DNA of 64,000 bases from a virus (Duplodnaviria > Caudoviricetes): the IMG/VR virus record IMGVR_UViG_3300033121_001571, one strand, 5' to 3'. A program made the translations under genes and the position numbers. Under the pieces are notes generated by a model that saw only the letters and a list, made by a program, of their open reading frames with translations, was not told where the DNA came from and did not search any database. This document shows positions 17,712 to 24,738 of the stretch, one piece after another (positions within the stretch are counted from its first letter, which is position 1; each line of letters starts with the position of its first letter).

Positions 17712-18074
17712 ACTGTAAGTCTTCTCAAGAATCTTATTGATTCTATCGTCACCCCAGTCCATCTGCTTGTTGTTATTCTTAGCGTCAATATACAACTTGT
17801 CTACGTCAGCAGCAAGTGGGCCAGGACGATAGATCGAAGTCAGAGTCGCAATGTCAATGATGTTCTCTGGTTTTGCTTTGACAAACAGGCGCTGAGCGCC
17901 CTTGCCAGTGACTTGAAATATGCCAGCAAACTTTGCTTCTTCATAGACCTTATAGACTTCTGGATCTTCCAGATCCATCTTTGATGGATGCATGTGTTCG
18001 CTGTGCCACTCTTTGATCTCATCAAAAGAGATCTTATCATTTGCAACGTTGTTGACTGACTTTACTTTTGCCAC
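17397..18074 (-). CDS. dnaE: DnaE fragment C: short IntC-like strand + extein + IntN2
   Basis: GIFQ...TSIYRPGPL...KILEKTYS|CLTGDSRV...IELEDGKRLTVTEDHLVMT. Confidence 0.92.
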   Translation of the reverse strand: MAKVKSVNNVANDKISFDEIKEWHSEHMHPSKMDLEDPEVYKVYEEAKFAGIFQVTGKGAQRLFVKAKPENIIDIATLTSIYRPGPLAADVDKLYIDAKNNNKQMDWGDDRINKILEKTYSCLTGDSRVMTDNGEITIKEIVDKQMVGVTLPSYNEESAEIESDVVVAAVSNGVRDVIEIELEDGKRLTVTEDHLVMTKNRGWVNAGSLTDSDEVLIFSDCENQT

Positions 18075-18109
18075 AGCGACAGTCTACTGACTGAGCTAAT
18101 TCTTTACAC

Positions 18110-18997
18110 TTAGCCTTGAATATGAGCTTCAATCACAATGACTTTTCCTCTGATAGCATCTTCAAAATCTTTTCTTGCAGTTGAGACAAGATCACTTATC
18201 TTTGCTAAGAGACTATCGATCTCTTGATCACCAGTCTTGTTGTAATGAAATCCTCGAGTGTCAAGAATAGCTTGCGTAAGAATTTCAGCTGCAATATCAT
18301 ACAACGAACGACCCTTAAACTTATAAACTCTAGCTGATTTCATCGTCAGTGAAGAAATAACACCTGGAAGCAGGTGGTTAAAATACCTTTCTTGTTTCTT
18401 GCTCTTAATTTGACCGTCAAAATCTTCGCCTTCTAAAAATAGATAAACGATCTCACTTACATACTTTCCCATGACAGACGACTCTGTCGATTCATCGATC
18501 ATAGCGTGGATGATCATCCAGGGCGTAGAAAGAAATCCTTTCTCAAGATTCTCAACTAGTGGAACAAAGATCGCTGCGCCTTGTTTTCTTGCTTCTTCTA
18601 AAGCTACGATCTTTTCTGGAGGTACACCAAACCCAGCTAAAATACTAGCATCTTCACTTCTTTCATAAGTTCTCTTAATGCGTCCTCTATCATCAAATTT
18701 AGATCCTCGTCCTGCAGCAAACCATGTAAATGCTGGCACTACGTAGATTGGAACCGACAGGTTCTTATACAACTTAATCGCGCTGCTACGAAAATTTTCA
18801 TTGTTAAAGAATTTTTTGACTTCTTCTCTATCTTTTTGAACAGTTGGCACATCATAATTTTTGAATCGAGCAATAGTCTTAGAGTCCATACCTTTAGTCC
18901 AATCTTCTTCTCCAGCTGGCTCAATTCCAGCTAAAGGAGCTTCTGAGATCACTGAAGATCTGATAAGAGATCGGAGTTCGCTAAGTTTGATTTTCAC
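18110..18997 (-). CDS. Hypothetical protein, paralog 2
   Basis: Paralog of 16529-17413; near-identical ends, divergent middle. Confidence 0.85.
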   Translation of the reverse strand: MKIKLSELRSLIRSSVISEAPLAGIEPAGEEDWTKGMDSKTIARFKNYDVPTVQKDREEVKKFFNNENFRSSAIKLYKNLSVPIYVVPAFTWFAAGRGSKFDDRGRIKRTYERSEDASILAGFGVPPEKIVALEEARKQGAAIFVPLVENLEKGFLSTPWMIIHAMIDESTESSVMGKYVSEIVYLFLEGEDFDGQIKSKKQERYFNHLLPGVISSLTMKSARVYKFKGRSLYDIAAEILTQAILDTRGFHYNKTGDQEIDSLLAKISDLVSTARKDFEDAIRGKVIVIEAHIQG

Positions 18998-19016
18998 AAT
19001 CACTAAATATCAACAC
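18896..19016. repeat. 121-bp exact direct repeat, copy 2
   Basis: Identical to 17312-17432 (offset 1584). Confidence 0.93.
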
Positions 19017-19040
19017 CAGCTTACAACGCGTACGCGTCGG

Positions 19041-19340
19041 TCACCAGTAACATGTACAGAACAAAGTGTTAACTCCTTCAATGTCTTTTTTTGAAAAAGA
19101 GTTATGGTGTAAAAAACTAACGAGTATATTTTTCTCTATGTCAAACACAAATTTCAATGTACTTTTTATTGGGTATGCAAAAAGGTTCGGAAATTTAGAA
19201 TTAAGTTCTCCCACGTACAAACCGAATATCTTTTCATTTTTGTCTAATAAAAGAGGTCTGTTGAAATTTGTTCTATGATAATAGACTCTTCCACAAGGAA
19301 GCACTCGAACAAGATTTCCAACTAAAAACTCATTTTTCAT
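19041..19340 (-). CDS. Small PH...CxC family protein (array member 6, C-terminally short)
   Basis: VRVLPCG...GLYV...VFDI...CTCYW*. Confidence 0.6.
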   Translation of the reverse strand: MKNEFLVGNLVRVLPCGRVYYHRTNFNRPLLLDKNEKIFGLYVGELNSKFPNLFAYPIKSTLKFVFDIEKNILVSFLHHNSFSKKDIEGVNTLFCTCYW

Positions 19341-19349
19341 TTAGGAACT

Positions 19350-19700
19350 TTAAGTTTTCTTAGTAGAGTTATGGTGTGTTACGTAACAACTCATACAACA
19401 ACAATGAAGTGCGCTATAACATAGTTCATCACTGCACTGTATAAAATCAGATGTCACAAATTTGACAAGTTTTTTACTTAACAGATCAAACAAAATAACA
19501 CTAACAAAATTCACTGGTCTGTTAAACTTATAACTGTTTATATCTTTTCTGTGAAGATCTGTCACTGAGATCAAATAACCATCAAGATCTTGGTGATCAA
19601 GACTTGTGTCTTCTTCCTCTTTACAGATAGCGTTAACAGCACCGTGAGCAATTATTTTCACAACGGTGTTTTCTAAGCTCTTAGTTAGTATCATCTTCAT
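19350..19700 (-). CDS. Small PH...CxCxxC family protein (array member 5)
   Basis: KIIAHG...GYLISV...LFDL...CCCMSC. Confidence 0.65.
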   Translation of the reverse strand: MKMILTKSLENTVVKIIAHGAVNAICKEEEDTSLDHQDLDGYLISVTDLHRKDINSYKFNRPVNFVSVILFDLLSKKLVKFVTSDFIQCSDELCYSALHCCCMSCYVTHHNSTKKT

Positions 19701-19748
19701 CTAAACACTTGTACTAGTGAGTGCTTTAAAATGAGATCAAAGAATTCA

Positions 19749-20087
19749 CTAATGCTTTCGTTTCTTATCGAAGTGTTTTACAACACAACTTTTGCAGTAA
19801 CAAGTCCATTTCGATTGATCGCTAATAAAGTTTATGATAGAACCAGACGTTCTAAAGATAACAACTGATTTAACACAGACATCAAACATTGTAACTCTCA
19901 CAAAAAACTTGTGTGGATGGTTTGCAAATCTGTTACGATTAGGTAGATCAGACACTGAAATCACATAACCATAACAAATAGTTATGTTCTCTAAACTCTC
20001 ATTTTGTGTCTTTCTAAGAACTCTGACTCTACCATGTGGGTGAACTCTTATGAGAGTGTTAATTGTAGATGTAATGTTCTTAATCAT
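19749..20087 (-). CDS. Small PH...CxCxxC family protein (array member 4)
   Basis: RVHPHG...GYVISV...MFDV...CYCKSC. Confidence 0.68.
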   Translation of the reverse strand: MIKNITSTINTLIRVHPHGRVRVLRKTQNESLENITICYGYVISVSDLPNRNRFANHPHKFFVRVTMFDVCVKSVVIFRTSGSIINFISDQSKWTCYCKSCVVKHFDKKRKH

Positions 20088-20111
20088 TTTTAACGTTTTT
20101 CAAAACTAACG

Positions 20112-20429
20112 CTAATAAAAGATCTTACAACAAACGTTTGTGTACAGATCTATGCAATAAGAACAGCCACACCCAACAATGTTTTTATTGTTGTTGTGTG
20201 CATATCTCATAGCACTGATCAACTGAAATTCAATTAACAAATTTTCACTCAGATCAAAAATAGTGATCGCTGACTTTGTTTTAGACAGAGAACAAATTGA
20301 AACAACGATACCAAAAAATATCTGTCCACGAGGGAAAATTGACTTCTCACGAGAAACACCTTTTGAAATAAAGCCAGTTTCTCCAAAACAATGAGGAGCA
20401 AAAAATTTGAGATCACCAACTTGAGTCAT
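20112..20429 (-). CDS. Small PH...CxCxxC family protein (array member 3)
   Basis: FAPHC...GIVVSI...IFDL...CGCSYC. Confidence 0.65.
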   Translation of the reverse strand: MTQVGDLKFFAPHCFGETGFISKGVSREKSIFPRGQIFFGIVVSICSLSKTKSAITIFDLSENLLIEFQLISAMRYAHNNNKNIVGCGCSYCIDLYTNVCCKIFY

Positions 20430-20438
20430 TGACTACCT

Positions 20439-20753
20439 TTAAGGTATTGGCAAAACGCTTTTACAACTCAAACAAGTACACCTTAAAACATTGTTCACAG
20501 AAACAAGTTCACTCGGCGTAGAAAACTTCATAACGTTCATGTTCATAAATGAAAACATCGTGATCTTGTCTTGCGTTCGAGAAAGAACAAGACCAACGTG
20601 AATGAACGTTGGATTGTGTAAGTACAACGAATACCAAAGAGATAGATCGTGGGGTATTATCTGAATAATCTGTCCCACAGCAAAAACGTGTCCAAGCACT
20701 TTGGCGCTCAATGATTTGTGTGCCTCTACTAAATACTCATACACTCGAAACAC
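20439..20753 (-). CDS. Small PH...CxCxxC family protein (array member 2)
   Basis: IIPHD...GLVLS...MFSF...CTCLSC. Confidence 0.62.
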   Translation of the reverse strand: MFRVYEYLVEAHKSLSAKVLGHVFAVGQIIQIIPHDLSLWYSLYLHNPTFIHVGLVLSRTQDKITMFSFMNMNVMKFSTPSELVSVNNVLRCTCLSCKSVLPIP

Positions 20754-21040
20754 TCACACTTAATCACGCTTAACACGTTATCATAAAGTGATTGTTCAGT
20801 TATCGAAAACTGCACTAACTTACCTAATTTGATGTCTAAAAAAACAACAAGTACCATACCCTCAGACTTCCACTCAGTGTTCAAAACAATACCAATTAAA
20901 GCTGAATAAGGATGAAGAGTAAATGTTTTAAACGTTTTTTCTCCAATGATATCAATCTCACTGTCGTGAGGATGAACTTTGATCACTTTAGCAATAATTC
21001 TATTTTTCACAATTTTCTCACATAGACAACGTTTTTGCAA
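20729..21040 (-). CDS. Small PH...CxCxxC family protein (array member 1)
   Basis: KVHPHD...GIVLN...FLDI...CECFEC; start probably GTG near 21010. Confidence 0.62.
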   Translation of the reverse strand: MQKRCLCEKIVKNRIIAKVIKVHPHDSEIDIIGEKTFKTFTLHPYSALIGIVLNTEWKSEGMVLVVFLDIKLGKLVQFSITEQSLYDNVLSVIKCECFECMSI

Positions 21041-22827
21041 CCATAGATCTTAAATAACTTGTGTTCAAATGCTAGACTCTCTTGAGAAGCTATGTTTGGA
21101 ATAGAACGCACAAGAAAACGATCAAGTCTGTGGTGACAATCTGTCCACCAAAATCTCGGTTTTGTCTCGTGACTCACAACAAAACCTGAACTCAAATAAC
21201 CGTTACCAGAACCACCCAAACGTGTATCACGATATGTCATGATTCTGTCAAAAGAGTTTTCTTTAGCCCAAGTTGCGGCAGCGCTGATCAGTTTTGACAT
21301 TCCTCCCACAACTACCGTGTTCTTCAAAAAAGCAACTCTAGCAATCTCTAGAGTCTTATCACTCCATTTTTTGATCTGGTGTGGCTTTCTAACAGTCAGT
21401 GTTGCTACAGTCTCGCCATTTTCTGTCTCAAGAATAAATCCTTTTGAAGCTGGCACGTTACCATCGATGTGATTTTCAACAAGAAATTCCGCAACAGATG
21501 CTGGATGAACTGCACGTACTCTGAGCCTTCGAGCAAAGATCTTCTTTGCTTTTTGCAGTTTGACTCTGATCATGCTCTTGATGATCTCTCGCTTGGTGAG
21601 ATCTTGCCATTCGTCTTCAAACACATGTAACAAAGAAGTGTTTGTTGTAGAGGCTAGATCTGACTTTTTCTGGTGATACTCACTGTCTGATATCACAGCA
21701 TCAGAGTGCCAGTATAATCCATTACACTCAATCGCAAATCTCTGATCACTTGACAGTATGTCTAGCTCTAACGGAGCTATTCGTTTTCGATCATTAAGCG
21801 TTGCTCCCGGATCGAACGTCAAGACGTATTCATAGATCTCACTCTGCCACCTTGAAATGACACGTGGATTGCAAGTTGAACACAGCTTTCCCTTACATAG
21901 AGATGACAGTTTTACTTGACAAGTCTCTCCGCACTCTTTACAAGAGACAACAATAAGACTTTGAAATCCAGCAACTTCATATGAATCAACATTCCATTTA
22001 TCTTTCACCGATTCAAGTCTCTCAGCGATCATCTCATGAGTGATTCTAAACGGTGAATTCACTCCCAACTCTATGAGTCTTTTTCTTGTCTGAATTATCT
22101 GTTGTTTGACTCTGTCAGCACAAGCTTTGTGTACCCAGTGACTGGATTTGACACTCTCACTGAGGTTTTCAGAACGTCTCTTTATTCTATCATCAGTCTC
22201 AGACGTTTGTCCGTGTTGAGTCCAGTGCTTTTCTTTCTTCCATTTTTCTGTGAGTGTCTTAGATATCTGAACAGCCGCTTGAGCTACTGAAGCACTGTTT
22301 TCTTTCGTCTGCCCAGAGCGCCAGTGACCGTTCTTTTTTATGAAATCTCTGCACTTTGTTGCAGCGATTCTCACAGACTCGCTCGTCTGTTCTGTCAGAC
22401 CCTTGTTCCAAGCTGGAGTGTTATTTCGTTTTCTAGTTTCGGCTCCACGAAGCTGAGAGTTTTTCTTGCTACACTTTCCGCAGAGCCTCTCATAACCAGA
22501 CTGAAATGACAAGAACTTGACAGGCCCAAAACACTGAGTGCACGGTCCTGGGTGAGAGACAAACAACAAATAAGCATCTTCAGCTAAGACACTGTGAACT
22601 TTTGCTAAGTGAGCTCGAACACTGTTAAGACTTGCTTTCATCTGTTGAGAGCAGATCGGACACTTCGAAAGAAGTGATATCGTCGGAGGGCCTGAGGTCC
22701 CTCGCGAAAACTTTTCCTCTTGCGGTGATAACTTCTTGGTCTCCAAACATTCTTTTTGTTGATCCGTCTTCAAGACAGATCTCAATCCATCCTCGTCGTT
22801 GTCTTTCATCTTTGATGATGAGTTCAA
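21007..22827 (-). CDS. Putative Hef-like homing endonuclease (Zn fingers, PD-(D/E)xK domain, C-terminal GNAT-like domain)
   Basis: CPIC..HLAKVH, PAWNKGLT repeats, ELDI...AIECNGLYWHS, HVFEDEW, EIAR...VVGGMSKL; start uncertain. Confidence 0.8.
   Translation of the reverse strand: MNSSSKMKDNDEDGLRSVLKTDQQKECLETKKLSPQEEKFSRGTSGPPTISLLSKCPICSQQMKASLNSVRAHLAKVHSVLAEDAYLLFVSHPGPCTQCFGPVKFLSFQSGYERLCGKCSKKNSQLRGAETRKRNNTPAWNKGLTEQTSESVRIAATKCRDFIKKNGHWRSGQTKENSASVAQAAVQISKTLTEKWKKEKHWTQHGQTSETDDRIKRRSENLSESVKSSHWVHKACADRVKQQIIQTRKRLIELGVNSPFRITHEMIAERLESVKDKWNVDSYEVAGFQSLIVVSCKECGETCQVKLSSLCKGKLCSTCNPRVISRWQSEIYEYVLTFDPGATLNDRKRIAPLELDILSSDQRFAIECNGLYWHSDAVISDSEYHQKKSDLASTTNTSLLHVFEDEWQDLTKREIIKSMIRVKLQKAKKIFARRLRVRAVHPASVAEFLVENHIDGNVPASKGFILETENGETVATLTVRKPHQIKKWSDKTLEIARVAFLKNTVVVGGMSKLISAAATWAKENSFDRIMTYRDTRLGGSGNGYLSSGFVVSHETKPRFWWTDCHHRLDRFLVRSIPNIASQESLAFEHKLFKIYGCKNVVYVRKL
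22625..22792 (-). other. Degenerate Hint/intein half-domain (no block A; block-B TxxH replaced by FGDQ)
   Basis: IEICLEDGSTKRMFGDQEVITARGKVFARDLRPSDDI aligns by eye to IntN2 IEIELEDGKRLTVTEDHLVMTKNRGWVNAGSLTDSDEV. Confidence 0.7.
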
Positions 22828-23512
22828 TTGTTCTCTCTACCAGTCTAAGCGTTTCAAGGCCAAGCAGATCATATTTAATGAAATTTCCGATCGCCTCTAG
22901 ATGTTTATAATTTACTCCCTCTACCCAAGGACTCTGAGGTTCCCCTTTTGATGTGATAAGAGGCATCTTATCAGGAAGATCGTCAGCTATTAGCACTCCA
23001 CCCGCGTGACGACCCAAAGAACGACCCTGTTTGAACAAGACATTCATAGACTCACCCACTTCAGGGTGCTTGTCAATGAAGTCTTTGAAAGGCTTATCGT
23101 ACTTCAGAGCATCTTCATACGTGAGAACAAACAAGTTCTTGTCATCACCGTGCTTTGTTGTTGCTTTTCTGACGCTTTGTTCAACTGTCTTCGTGGCAGC
23201 ATTGACTTCTTCGAACGGTATGCCATAGAACTTGCTGAGATCTTTTAGAAGAGATTTGACTTTAAATGCGTTGACATTTGAGATCGGAACAACGTTTTCA
23301 TATCCAAAGAAATTTCTCAGCTGATCAAGCACGAGATCTCTGTTAGCAAGATCAGAATCGATATCGGGAGACCCAGAGTTATGCGTTAAAACCCAATTGG
23401 TGTTGTCTTGTGATATCCAAAATGTATGATTATTCTCAACTTCTATATCAATAAGACGTGTACTTTCTTCAACTATTTGAATCGATTCTATCTTAGCTGT
23501 GTTTGTTAACAA
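22625..23512 (-). CDS. dnaE: DnaE fragment B: IntC1 + catalytic palm region + degenerate half-intein tail
   Basis: IDIEVENNHTF...VLTHN|SGSPDIDSD; GRHAGGVLI; IKYDLLGLETL. Confidence 0.93.
   Translation of the reverse strand: MLTNTAKIESIQIVEESTRLIDIEVENNHTFWISQDNTNWVLTHNSGSPDIDSDLANRDLVLDQLRNFFGYENVVPISNVNAFKVKSLLKDLSKFYGIPFEEVNAATKTVEQSVRKATTKHGDDKNLFVLTYEDALKYDKPFKDFIDKHPEVGESMNVLFKQGRSLGRHAGGVLIADDLPDKMPLITSKGEPQSPWVEGVNYKHLEAIGNFIKYDLLGLETLRLVERTIELIIKDERQRRGWIEICLEDGSTKRMFGDQEVITARGKVFARDLRPSDDITSFEVSDLLSTDESKS
23378..23512 (-). other. Split intein 1, C-terminal part (IntC1, 45 aa)
   Basis: KIESI...DIEVENNHTF...THN followed by Ser+1. Confidence 0.92.
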
Positions 23513-24482
23513 GACTTTCCTTATGTTTAGAAATTAAATGTTTTGTATTCTTGTAATTACGGTTTTCTAAATTTGGAATTACCTTATAAAGACCTTCATT
23601 ACGTAATGAAGCATAAAAATCTTCCATATAGATAACATCTATAATAATTCCTTGTGCAATTAACAAATTGCGTATTTTCATATTAGAATTTAACAATTTT
23701 GAAAACAGTGAATCACTTTCTCTAACACCTTTTAATTCAATATAACGATTTTCATTGGGAAAGAAAAAATCAGGCGTATAACAAACATCCCTACCTTCAC
23801 TTGTTACATGAAAAGTTTTGCTTTCATAAAGCGGTACATTTGATTTATAGATACAATATCGATAAAAATCTGCCTCAAATGAACTTTTGAAATAAGGACT
23901 ATTCTCAATATCTAAACGCCATCCAGATCTACCATTTATATGGATTGCTATCATTCCTTTTGATTGAGCTTCAAAAGTACATTTTTTACTACAAAATCTC
24001 ATTTTATAACTCTGCTTAGTAGATTTTACTAAGCCACATACTTGGCACACACATTTTATTTTGTTTTCTTTACTCTTTTGCGTACATTTAGCACTACAAT
24101 ACTTTCTTTTTTGATTTTTTGATTCAAAAATCACATTACAATAATTACACGTCATTTGAACAATTGGATTCTTAGTTAGAGTCTTAGAAGTTTCTATTTT
24201 AGAACACGCTCTAGAACAAAATTTTCGCCCCAATTTAGATTGGGGCACAAAGTATTCTTTGTTACATAACAGACAATTTTTCATAAACCGACCTACAATA
24301 AAATTTCTAACGCTAGAGCGCTTTTGTTTGTTTTTAACTTGACACTCAGTAGAACAGTACATTCTAGCTAACTTGCTAGTTGAACCTTTACCCACGCCAG
24401 AGCACTCAATTTGAAATATTTTTTCACAATATTTACAAGTTTTCTTTACTATGATCATAGTGGTACGTATACAACAGATCAT
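23493..24482 (-). CDS. Putative free-standing homing endonuclease between IntN1 and IntC1
   Basis: Four CxxC...(F/Y)CS..C zinc-ribbon repeats; FKSSFE...YTPDF...IELKG (PD-(D/E)xK); overlaps both flanking dnaE fragments. Confidence 0.82.
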   Translation of the reverse strand: MICCIRTTMIIVKKTCKYCEKIFQIECSGVGKGSTSKLARMYCSTECQVKNKQKRSSVRNFIVGRFMKNCLLCNKEYFVPQSKLGRKFCSRACSKIETSKTLTKNPIVQMTCNYCNVIFESKNQKRKYCSAKCTQKSKENKIKCVCQVCGLVKSTKQSYKMRFCSKKCTFEAQSKGMIAIHINGRSGWRLDIENSPYFKSSFEADFYRYCIYKSNVPLYESKTFHVTSEGRDVCYTPDFFFPNENRYIELKGVRESDSLFSKLLNSNMKIRNLLIAQGIIIDVIYMEDFYASLRNEGLYKVIPNLENRNYKNTKHLISKHKESLVNKHS

Positions 24483-24738
24483 CAGTTGTCAATTCATGTG
24501 TTCGTTTCTTTATGAATTTTCCATCCCCAGCACAAACTAACCACTCATGATTTTCAGAACACTTAAATGTCGTACCATTTACCTTAATAAGGTACGTTTT
24601 TGTAACATGTTGCACAGTTTTATATGTTACTCTTTGTAAAGAACCGTCTTGTGTCAAGACTTTATCTCCAACTTTAATTTCATCAAGAGACGTAGTTTTA
24701 TTTTTTTCTAAAAGAACACGAGTATTTGGTTCTAAACA
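24433..24738 (-). other. Split intein 1, N-terminal part (IntN1)
   Basis: Block A CLEPNTRV...IKVGDKVLT; block B CSENH. Confidence 0.93.

Noticed and set aside
22760-22780. Cys of CLEDG as the C1 of a functional fourth IntN
   Set aside because: It aligns to the internal IELEDG strand of IntN2, no TxxH follows, and fragment C lacks the HN|C/S/T needed to complete splicing.
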